The notes below the pieces were generated by a model. It made no database searches, was not told where the DNA came from, and saw only the letters and a list, made by a program, of their open reading frames with translations. Source: Octopus sinensis (Eukaryota). Taken from it: 64,000 bases of DNA. The position numbers were made by a program, and so were the translations under genes. This document shows, in pieces, positions 53,201 to 64,000 of the stretch (position 1 is the stretch's first letter; the number at the start of each line of letters is the position of its first letter). The stretch covers positions 40,796,001 through 40,860,000 of the forward strand of contig NC_042999.1 in assembly GCF_006345805.1 (NCBI RefSeq), read 5' to 3'.

Positions 53201-53295
53201 TTTCATCAGAATCGGTTGAAAGCCGTGGTCAGGGTGAGGGTACGAGAAAACAGACACACAGAAGCACGCACAGACAAACTGCCGTTTATATATAT

Positions 53296-53298
<3 letters not shown>
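47227..53298 (-). mobile_element. Complete autonomous-type Helitron, 6072 bp
   Basis: Minus strand begins A|TCTATATATATAAACGG (53298) and ends CCCGGGCAACGCCGGG-CTATGCTGCTAG|T (47227). Sits in (TA)n with no TSD. Confidence 0.95.
47349..52151 (-). CDS. Helitron Rep/Helicase (HUH endonuclease + PIF1-family SF1 helicase), interrupted at ~49990-50090 by compensating indels and a stop
   Basis: Starts MPPKKRR; R/A-rich repeats; C..CKAKKW...CC..GKV; FITYTCNP; VEWQKRGFPHAHIL; YVCKYINKG; GGTGKT, WDECTM, GDFRQ, NLVP...CNGTRL, KSQGQT, HGQLYV..SRV. Confidence 0.93.
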
Positions 53299-53332
<34 letters not shown>

Positions 53333-53755
53333 TCTAACGTCCAGACTATCGCGTCATGTTATACATACATACATACATAGGAAACAAGGAATATTGGTGG
53401 AACGTTCCAATAAAAACAGCAAATCGGCGCACACATAACAGACCCGGTATTGTTCCGTGGGACAGGGAACAAAATTCATGTTGTGTTGTAGAGGTCAGCT
53501 GCAACGCGGATGTGAATGTAAAATCCAAACCTCAGGAAGAAGAAACATTTATGGTGAATTAATGCAGAATTTACAGATATTGCACCCTGAATATAAATTC
53601 TAATTGGAAACTCCCAGTACAGTTACATTAGGTAATGTACCAACAAATTTACATAAAAACTTATAAATACTCGTGTTGTTGTTTTTTTTTTCTTTACGAA
53701 AGAGAAAAGAAACTGATGCGGGACTCCAAATCTAAACTATTAGTGACGCACTCAA

Positions 53756-53984
53756 AGGCGGCGAGCTGGCAGAAACGTTAGCATGCCGGGCGAAATGCTT
53801 AGCGGTATTTTGTCTGCCGCTACGTTCTGAGTTCAAATTCCGCCGAGGTCGACTTTGCCTTCCATCCTTTCGGGGTCCATAAATTAAGTACCAGTTCACT
53901 GGGGTCGATGTAATCGACTTAATCCGTTTGTCTGTCCTTGTTTGTCCCATCTGTGTTTAGCCCCTTGTGGGTGGTAAAGAAATA
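53756..53984 (+). mobile_element. Young SINE family B monomer with 18-bp TSD
   Basis: TATTAGTGACGCACTCAA at 53738-53755 and 53985-54002. Confidence 0.95.
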
Positions 53985-54307
53985 TATTAGTGACGCACTC
54001 AATATTTGTAAGATAAACCAAAGATTTTCCATCTGAAATTCTTATGCGAAGAGCTGCACCCAGTTGGTTGTGTGACACGGCAGCTCAACGAACACACCAA
54101 CTCAAACGCATACTTACAAACACCAGGAAATCTCTTAGCTCAAAGACTCTTGTCGTTTTCTTTTGTGACCGGCTTGAACTCTCTCAAGAAAAAGTTATTT
54201 AAAGCTCAAAGAAAAATCATGCATGCATACATACATACATACGTGCATACATACATACATACGTGCATACATACATACATACATGCATGCATACATACAT
54301 ACATACA

Positions 54308-54339
<32 letters not shown>

Positions 54340-54373
54340 CATGCATACATACATACATACATATATATATATA

Positions 54374-54429
<56 letters not shown>

Positions 54430-55313
54430 TGCATGAATACGTGAATATGTGTATGGATATATATGCGTGTACGTATTCGTGAATTTCATTGAAATATATT
54501 TAAGATATCTAAGTGGAATTCATTGAAATGACAAGGCTATGCTTAAATCAGACAGCTCTTCTCGATATATGAATTTGTGACTGTGAGTGTGGATAAATCT
54601 AGCACTTGTGGAGTGCATGTCACTTTAGTACACAAATGTAGTGTTCTTTACTGCTTATAAGCATGTAAGTATGTTCGCACTTATGTATATATGTATGTAT
54701 GTACTTATGTATGAATGTGTGTCTGTATGTATGTATATATGTATGCATACATTAACGGCTTGATGGATGGATAGAGGGAAGGGGAATGGATATATGCATG
54801 TATGTATATCACTATTTTTATATCTAGGTATTGGTAACGTGTCTTTTCGACAATGTTCAATAAAATTTTGGTCAGTACATGTAGTTATCTTGTTGTTTTA
54901 ATGTTCTGTCTTCTTAAGTTCTATAGCTCTTGGGTTGGCAACATCCAATTTGAGCAGATTTTTTTTTTCTTTGTTTCTAATTTCTAATCCTTTTTCTTTG
55001 TAGCTACAAGAATGTAACGATTTATGTTCGAGATTTGATGCTTCTATTTGCAACTATAAGCAGATGTAAACATAATGGAGGACACTGAGCTAATGTTTCC
55101 TTCCTGTTTCTTCTTTATTAATTCCCAAGCAGCGTTTACGTTTTTAACGCTTTTGTGTCCGCCGGATTGACCGTTACTGTCCAGGTCACAAAATCATAAT
55201 GATATGCAAAAGGCAACTGATGATGGGCGTATATATTTGATGTGATTTACGGAGGTATTGTTGCATACGTACACGCTCGCAGAAACACAGTATAACTTTA
55301 GAAATAAATCTTC

Positions 55314-55359
<46 letters not shown>

Positions 55360-55360
<1 letters not shown>

Positions 55361-55759
55361 AATCCAAACAAGAAGACACAGAAAAAAACACAGCAACGCG
55401 AGGACGTGGAACAATTAAAGTATTATTTGACGCTCAGGAAATAAGGGAAGGAGGGTTTAACGTTTCGAGCGGAGCTCTTCGTCGGAAAAAAGGAGAAGGA
55501 AAGATCCCAAGAAGGGAAGACAGAGGGAAAAAATATATATATATATATATAGAAATTCAAAATGTGACCGCGTGTGTACCGTTGGCAAGATTTTTTTTCC
55601 TCCGTCTTCCCTTCTCTGGATCTTTCCTTTTCCTATGTTTCTGACGAAGAGATCCGCTCGAAACGTTAAACCCTCCTTCTTCCCTTCCTTCCTGAGCGTC
55701 CAATAATACTATATTTGTTCCACGTCCTCGCCTTGTGTTTTCATGTTTTGGATTAACTT

Positions 55760-55760
<1 letters not shown>
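55360..55760. mobile_element. Inverted pair of Penelope-like terminal modules in (TA)n/(CA)n
   Basis: 55360-55532 is the reverse complement of ~55590-55755; each arm carries a hammerhead-like motif. Confidence 0.75.
55637..55671 (+). ncRNA. Minimal type I hammerhead ribozyme-like motif
   Basis: GTTT-CTGACGA-A-GAG-atccg-CTC-GAAA-CG-TT-AAAC: core, stem II, palindromic stem III (AACGTT), 4-bp stem I. Confidence 0.6.
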
Positions 55761-55810
<50 letters not shown>

Positions 55811-57797
55811 ACGCATATATGTATATATTTATTTCTTTATACATACATATATATATAAATATATATGTATGCGTGTGTGTGTGTGTGTGTGTGTAAATGA
55901 GTGTGGTGTGATTTTATCTACATGTATATCTTTGTACTTACATAAACATGCATACATGCATGCATACATAGATACACACTCACATATACACACATACATA
56001 CATACATACATACATACATACATACGTACATACATACATACATACATACATACAAACATACATACTAGAAGCGAATGGCAATCTATAATGAGGAACGATG
56101 CGCTTAGAAAACATTTGAGTTGCCCATCACAAAGTGTAGTGTAAATACCGACAGCTACAGAATTTTAAGATAATGCATGCAAGAGAATTCAGAGTTATTG
56201 TTGCTTGTGTTGTCTTTAGTCACGTAACACTTTCAAAAGATGGATTCGTTTCTCTGACTAGTCATATATCGAAAAATCAACACGCGATGCTTATATGCAA
56301 ACCGTTCAAACCAACCACACCATGAGAGTTCTGCTAGCGTTTTCGTCCAAAGGTGTACTCATTTATTGCTAGGCTAAAAAAATACCGAAAGAGGCAACTG
56401 CTGTTGTTATGACTTTAGACCAAGTTAGGTACAACATTTGTTACGAAATATTAAAGACAAAATCAGGGCTACGTTGATATCGGAAAGCACATGGAAGAAA
56501 AGCTGTCACTGTAGTTACAGAGATGTATCTATAATGAAAAGTACTTAAAGCAGACACATCGTTGAAAGCCACATTTCTACACTATACGTCTATAAGAGAT
56601 GCTATCTGAAGTGGAAGACCGCAGGCTGGTAACGGTATATCTGCTTTTAGGATGATACACAAATAGCTATTTTGAACTAATAATCGTTCTTTCGCTCATA
56701 ATGAACGTATGTAAATGTAGGTGTGCGTGTGTGGACGGGTGTATTTAAGCGTCTGTATAAGTACATGAGCGCGCGCGCACACACATACATGCACATATAG
56801 ATATGTGTACATATATGTATGAGTTTGTGTATATGTAAATGCATATATATATAAATGTGTTTATAAATACATTTATATACAAGTACATTTATCATTTATA
56901 TATAAATACATATATATATATATAAATGATAAATGTTCTTGTACATATGTGCGTGTGCGTGTATGTATTCACACGTAAGTGTGTGATTGTGCATATACAT
57001 GTGTACTTATGTGTATATATAATTTAAGCTTATGTGCGTAGGTGCGATGTTTCAAGAGGTAAGATTTTTTTTATTTATAGCTGTTTTAGCGGAAAATAAA
57101 AAGGAGGTGACGTCCTTATTCCCACCGGGTATTTTCAAAAATAAATAAATAAATAAATAAATAAATAAATGATAGCTGTTAGTTAAGCTTCGTGTTAATT
57201 AGAATGATCAATACTACTGATGCAGAAAAATCATAATGGAAAATATTTAAAATAACATCCTAACATGGAAGCGATGTATGTGATAAATAGTTGGCATTTG
57301 AAAATGCCTCGAGTGGTGGACATAGAAAAGAACTGAAATTAAATAGGTGATCTTAAAGGAAAGCTATTACGTTCGAAATATTGCTTAACAATGCGGAAAA
57401 AGAATTTTATAAAAAAATGTTTAAATCTTTGGAAATAGTTATGTACTTTTAATGACAGAGGCATGTATATTTTTTACCATGGCTATTATTATTATTATTA
57501 TTATTGTTGTTGTTGTTGTTGTTGTTATTATTATTATTGTTATCGCTGTTTTTTTATTATTGTCGTTATCGTTATTCTTCTAATTCTTGTTCTCGATGTT
57601 ATTACTTTTTATTCCAAATGAGTAAAATTTTACAAATTAAGAAGACGTGAAAATTATCTAGGAGACGAAATGGTTGTAAATGAATCGATATAATGTGTGG
57701 CTTGACTAAACGAATTGGAAGTAAAAAGATTTTACATACATTCATACATGTTTGCACATTCCTTGTGTGTGTGTGTGCGTGAACGCGCATGTGCCTT

Positions 57798-57874
<77 letters not shown>

Positions 57875-57949
57875 ATATATATGCGGTGCTCCAGCATGGC
57901 TACAACTCGTGAGCTGAAACTAGACTCAATCAATCAATCATATATATAT

Positions 57950-58866
57950 CACGTTTTGTTTTTGTTTTGAGTTTTTGCTTTCGTTTTAGCCTTCCATTTT
58001 TTTTGTTAATTGTTAAATTAATTTAAGGATAACTATTAAGAAAAAAAAAACGAAAGGCTAAAATTTAGGGTTAAGGGTTAGTGTTAGTGTTAGGGTTGGG
58101 GTTAGTGACAGGATGTCGTCTCAGTTTTAGACGCAGCAAATGATTTTAGCTCAATAGAGGCCATCGATTGGTTAAAATTCAAAAAAATTAAACTACGTTA
58201 AACTTACAAATTACAATTTTCTCAAGAAAGCCAAGAGAAAAAATGTTTTATTTTGACACATTCTACCAGTATACGAAGTTTAAAAGTGTTTAGTTCACTA
58301 GAAATTGTGTTGAAAACTGCCGTTCAAAAGGAAAGGATCCTTTATATGTATGTGTGTGTGTTTGTGTCTGTGTTTGTCCCCCAAACATCGCTTGACAACC
58401 GATGCTGGTGTGTTTACGTCCCCGTAACTTAGCGGTTCGGCAAAAGAGACCGTTTGAATAAGTACTAGGCTTACAGAGAATAAGTCCTGGGTCGATTTGC
58501 TCGACTAAAGGCGGTGCTCCAACATGGCTACAGTCAAATGACTGAAACGAGTAAAGATATATATATATATACGAATGGAGTTCGCTAAGATACTGTGGCT
58601 AAGACGATACAAGTCACATTTTATAAATACAGGAACATGAAGGTGCCAGGAGGTGCCATCCACAAGGCCAAATCGAACAACAAAACCCACAACGACAGCC
58701 AATATCACTTACCGCAGACTCGCTTACAATCAAACCCTTACAGAATTGATGCTATGAACAGTCGATGAGCTGGTGACACCAACCATCACGGCAAGAGCAA
58801 CCACAGCACACAGTAAGCAAGAACGGCCAACAAGCTGGTCACAACAGTGACCAAAGCTACCCAACA
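57950..58866 (+). repeat. Copy 1 of a ~920-bp direct duplication (copy 2 at ~59578-60505): half MITE + SINE-A 3' half + Penelope-like 5' region
   Basis: Near-identical sequence; ORFs 58505 and 60143 match. Confidence 0.9.
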
Positions 58867-59250
58867 ACAACCACAGCGATAGCAACGGCAGCAGCAACAA
58901 TAACAATCATAGTGACAACAGCAACAAAAATATAAACATCAACAGCAATGACAGTAACCAAACTGGCGCCGCAGATACTTGAACTATTGACAGCCGAAGG
59001 TGTGGTAGAACTGACAACATACCAAACAAACAAAAAATGACTGACAGAGAGTAGACCGAACCAAGAAAGAACTGAGGAAGAGTAAGAACTGGGTCTACGT
59101 TGACCTGCTATACTACGGAGAGACGGTAGAGATCGAATTTAAAAAGCAGCATCAAGAGATGTGGCCTCCCCGTCAGAACCACGACGCGGATCCACATGCT
59201 AATAACATACCTGACACATACTGTCTAAATAAATGACCAGTCCGAACAAC

Positions 59251-59974
59251 GGATCTTTTCCTTTTGAACGGCAGTTTTCAACACACTCTTTAGTTAACTA
59301 AACACTTTTAAACTTCGTATACTGGTAGAATGTGTCAAAATAAAACATTTTTTTCTCTTGGCTTTCTTGAGAAAATTGTAATTTGTAAGTTTAACGTAGT
59401 TTAATCTTTCGAATTTTAACCAATCGATGGCCTCTATTGAGCTAAAATCCTTTGCTGCGTCTAAAACTGAGACAATATCCTGTCACTAACCCTAACCCTA
59501 ACCCTAAATGTTAGCCTTTCGTTTTTTTCTCTTAATTGTTAAATTAATTTAAATGTTACGCGTGTGTCTAAAATTATTCGTTTTGTTTTTGTTTTGAGTT
59601 TTTGCTTTCGTTTTAGCCTTTCATTTTTTCTTAATTGTTAAATTAATTTAAGGATAACAATTAAGAAAAAAAACGAAAGGCTAAAATTTAGGGTAAGGGT
59701 TAGGGTTAGGGTTAGTGGTAGAGTTATGGTTGGGGTTAGTGACAGAATGTCGTCTCAGTTTTAGACGCAGCAAATGATTTTAGCTCAATAGAGGCCATCG
59801 ATTGGTTAAAATTCGAAAAATTAAACTACGTTAAACTTACAAATTACAATTTTCTCAAGAAAGCCAAAAGAAAAAAATGTTTTATTTTGACACATTCTAC
59901 CAGTATACGAAGTTTAAAAGTGTTTAGTTCACTAGAAATTGTGTTGAAAACTGCCGTTCAAAAGGAAAAGATCT
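59251..59974. mobile_element. MITE/fold-back DNA element with ~300-bp TIRs containing (TTAGGG)n
   Basis: GGATCTTTTCCTTTTGAACGGCAG ... CTGCCGTTCAAAAGGAAAAGATC; internal CTAACC/GGTTAG runs. Confidence 0.85.
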
Positions 59975-60500
59975 TTTATATGTATGTGTGTGTGTTTGTG
60001 TCTGTGTTTGTCCCCCTCCCCAACATCGCTTGACAACCGATGCTGGTGTGTTTACGTCCCCGTAACTTAGCGGTTCGGCAAAAGAGACCGTTTGAATAAG
60101 TACTAGGCTTACAGAGAATAAGTCTTGGGTCGATTTGCTCGACTAAAGGCGGTGCTCCAACATGGCTACAGTCAAATGACTGAAACGAGTAAAGATATAT
60201 ATATATATACGAATGGAGTTCGCTAAGATACTGTGGCTAAGACGATACAAGTCACATTTTATAAATACAGGAACATGAAGGTGCCAGGAGGGGACCATCC
60301 ACAAGGCCAAATCGAACAACAAAACCCACAACGACAGCCAATATCACTTACCGCAGACTCGCTTACAATCAAACCCTTACAGAATTGATGCTATGAACAG
60401 TCGATGAGCTGGTGACACCAACCATCACGGCAAGAGCAACCACAGCACACAGTAAGCAAGAACGGCCAACAAGCTGGTCACAACAGTGACCAAAGCTACC

Positions 60501-60808
60501 CAACACCCGGTTGTGTTTCAAATCCAATGCCGTGTACCAAATAACGTGTTCCTGCGAGAAGACATACATAGGATCGTCCAGGAGACACCTTCACCTTAGA
60601 GTGAAGAAACATCTATACAAGACCACACTACCCAGCATGTTCAAATACCACCAACACTGTGATGAAGATTTCTCCACCCGAGTACTAGCAAAGGGGAATG
60701 GATGCAGTTAACCCCAGGATTACAGAATCACACTTCATTAGGATGAAATCACATAGCCGGAACCGCCGTAATGAGCTGAGTGTGTGGACAGACATCTACT
60801 GCTTCTAG
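60501..60808 (+). pseudogene. Penelope-like GIY-YIG endonuclease remnant
   Basis: CFKSNAVYQITCSCEKTYIGSSRRHLHLRVKKH, then a frameshift and ...ITESHFIR...NRRNE. The upstream linker lies at ~59090-59250. Confidence 0.8.
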
Positions 60809-60867
60809 AATCTTTAACCAACATTATTCATTATTCAGAGAGAGAGCGAGAAATAAGGAATAAAAAA

Positions 60868-60902
60868 GTCTGATGAGGAATCATTAATTCGAAAGCGCTC
60901 AC
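60868..60902 (+). ncRNA. Hammerhead ribozyme core in the Penelope-like 3' region
   Basis: GT-CTGATGA-GGAAT-catta-ATTC-GAAA-GCGC-TC-AC; palindromic stem III (AGCGCT); stem I only 2 bp. Confidence 0.55.
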
Positions 60903-61115
60903 GAAATAAGCTATAATACCCAGCAACTAGGCTCACTCCAGATCACATGCAGAGTATACTAGCAATACACTGAAGTTTTATGGTGAAGTAGGATTAGGTT
61001 TTTAAACGAGAAATATTTATTTTGTATCGTATATATTTGTTATTAAAAAAATATATTTTTTTTTAATTTAGGAACAACACCAGCAATTTGTATGATGCGG
61101 GTTTAGTCGATATCT

Positions 61116-61503
61116 GTGGAGGTGCAATGGCCCAGTGGTTAGGGCAGCGGACTCGCGGTCGTAGGATCGCGGTTTCGATTCCCAGACCGGGCGTTGTGAG
61201 TGTTTATTGAGCGAAAACACCTAAAAGCTCCACGAGGCTCCGGCAGGGGGTGGTGGTGATCCCTGCTGTACTCTTTCGCCACAACTTTCTCTCACTCTTA
61301 CTTCCTGTTTCTGTTGTACCTGTTTTTCAAAGGGCCGGCCTTGTCACTCTCTATGTCACGCTGAATATCCCCGAGAACTACGTTAAGGGTACACATGTCT
61401 GTGGAGTGCTCAGCCACTTACACGTTAATTTCACGAGCAGGCTGTTCAGTTGGTCGGATCAACCGGAACCCTCATCGTCGTAACCGACGGAGTGCTTCCA
61501 TCC
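61116..61503 (+). mobile_element. SINE family C with 10-bp TSD, inserted in an old SINE-B
   Basis: TSD AGTCGATATC at 61105-61114 and 61504-61513. Confidence 0.92.
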
Positions 61504-62889
61504 AGTCGATATCATTGACTTCAGTACTTGCCTCTAACGTTATTTTATCGATCAGAAATGAGGAAAGCCAAAATTGGCGGAGGATCGATTTGAACCCGGA
61601 ATGTAAACAGCTGGGTAAAAGTATGGTAACGCAGTTTTTCTGCACTCAAATATTCTGTTAGTTCGCCGCCTTCTACAAACAAATGATGGTTTTTAATTCT
61701 TTTCTAAAGAAATAATAATTTCCGGCCAGCAACTTTACGGTGTGCGAATAGTCGATATTTTCGACCCTAGTTCATGACTGGTATTATGTTTTATCGATCC
61801 TTAAATGTGGACAACAAAGATGATCTCGACATGATTTGCATCAGAACAAACGCAGCAAAATATTTTTTCCGGCGCTCTGATGATTCTGCCAGTTCCTGCC
61901 TTTCACAATAAAATAATAGTTTGAAATTTTTATTTTCTTTTTAAGAAATAATAACCAGAGGGAAAGGTATTATTGTAAAACGCTTATAATTTAAAATAAC
62001 AAATGCGAATCGAGCTAAGTGTATTCATGTACTTATATCGATATTGACGTTGATATATTTTTCTTGGTGAAGAAATCATTAATAATATAGGTGATAATTA
62101 CGAAAATTTAATATAGAGTTACTGAAGGAATGTAATATAAGGAAGTAATTGGGTATTTGTATATATATAATGCGAAAATGTAAGTCAGGTGTTAATATGC
62201 TAATATATTTATTTAGTTATAATTTTGAGGTGAGATATTTCAATGTTCAGTCAATGATGGGTTAATATGTATGTCATTATGTATTATTGGATGTAAAGAA
62301 AATGTAGCTCGTCAGGTTTCAACGATGTCTACTTCGTTATTCGATCAACAGAGTTATGTTTTACATCGAATAAACGTAAGATTGAACACTCCTTAGATAT
62401 TCTTGTTACTTTCAAGGAAAATCAATGAAATACAACGTATAACAAGACAGAACTGTTAAATTACAGCTCTTATATATCCTCGAATTTCCACACAGTTTCT
62501 GTCTACTCAGTTTCATTATCTATGTATCGGAAGGGATCGAAATTGTGATGATATTCAGTTGCTCAATGGTTATGTTTTTTCCTCTTTTTTTCTCACCTAT
62601 TTTACCTTGTGCTTCTTTGTACCGCAACTATGACACATACACATAAACATACTTATATATACATACATATATACCTATATATATATACATACATACCTAT
62701 ATACATATACATACATACCTATATACATATACATGCATACATAATACATATACATGCATACACATACATACATATATATGTATCTATATAGGTATATATG
62801 TATGTGTATGTATGTATGTATATAGGTATATATGTATGTATATGTATATATATATATATGTATGTATATATATATTTATGTTTATTCAT

Positions 62890-62955
<66 letters not shown>

Positions 62956-63050
62956 AGAGAGAGAGAGAGAGATTCAGATGAATTAGGCACTTAAGTTGAG
63001 GCACCAGAATTTAGTACGGTATTGTCCATACAGCTTCATAATTAGGTGAT

Positions 63051-63480
63051 TAAAATCAAAATAAGCAACAGGATATCCAGAAGTAATGCAGCACGATTAT
63101 TTCAAGCGCCTCCATTTAAGTGAACAATGCAATCATTACTTCATATTAAATGCAGAGCAATTCTCAGCTGCAGAAATACTTAGAATTAAATTAAAACAGA
63201 TGGACACATTGGTATAAATTTACCTAAAACATCTAAAATTTCTAAGCTGAAGTGAAGACAGCATGATCTTTGTCTATCTCCTTGCTTTCTTGGAGGTTTC
63301 AGGTAAAATTATACTAATGTGTCCATCTGTTTTAATTTAATTTAATTCTATGTATCTATGCAGCTGAGAATTGCTCTGCATTTAAATTGAAGTAATGATT
63401 GCATTGTTCAATTAAATGGAGTCGCTTGAAACGATCGTACTGCATTACTTCTGGATATCCTGTTGTTTATTTTGGTTTTT
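63051..63480. repeat. ~430-bp fold-back with ~180-bp arms
   Basis: CAACAGGATATCCAGAAGTAATGCAG vs CTGCATTACTTCTGGATATCCTGTTG; ~60-bp spacer. Confidence 0.9.
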
Positions 63481-63548
<68 letters not shown>

Positions 63549-63564
63549 TATATTATATATATAT

Positions 63565-63598
<34 letters not shown>

Positions 63599-64000
63599 GT
63601 ATGCATGTATGTGTCTGTGTTTGCGTTGTCTCAGGCCACCACTCGACAACCTGTGATAATTTGTTTAGTCCTTGTATCATTGCGAATTGGCAAAAGAAAT
63701 CGATAGAATAAGTTCCAGGCTCAAGCAAAGTACAGGTGTTGTCTTCTTCCACTAAAGCCGTCGTGGTAGCGCACCAGGACATTCGCAGTCTGCAGCAAGT
63801 GAATTAAATCTAGAACCAAATCACAGACAGATCTGGAATATAGAGACCATGTCAATGAAGAATCCGAGATTTGCGACGAAAAGACTTGGGCAATCATAAC
63901 TGATTGATTGATTAAACTGATAGATTAATCAAATTGTTGTTCGATTAAAAAGCTACACAATTGAATATTAATAACAAAGAAGTGAAACTGAACTAGTGCG

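Noticed and set aside
59680-59740. Telomere or chromosome fusion site
   Set aside because: Short degenerate TTAGGG runs are internal to the TIRs of a repeated element.

Overview
AT-rich, microsatellite-dense eukaryotic DNA with no confidently identifiable host gene. The SINE families look like those of octopus (Octopus sp.); this is recognised from memory, not from a database search. Almost all ORF-track entries are translations of simple repeats. Real coding content is transposon-derived: (1) a near full-length APE/RT LINE (~39833-44608, +) whose ORF1 has a Myb/SANT-like domain plus CCCH zinc fingers, and whose ORF2 frame opens at a T-TTT-TTA slippery heptamer; (2) a complete 6.07-kb Rep/Helicase Helitron (47227-53298, -) with a 394-bp non-autonomous relative (9777-10170); (3) decayed Tc1 and mariner transposons; (4) a Penelope-like GIY-YIG remnant with a hammerhead-ribozyme core; (5) an RTE 3' fragment. 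Three tRNA-headed SINE families are abundant. One forms precise head-to-tail concatemers whose sequence pattern suggests self-targeted insertion. There are also several long fold-back palindromes (some centred on hammerhead-like motifs), two local duplications and a duplicated non-TE block.
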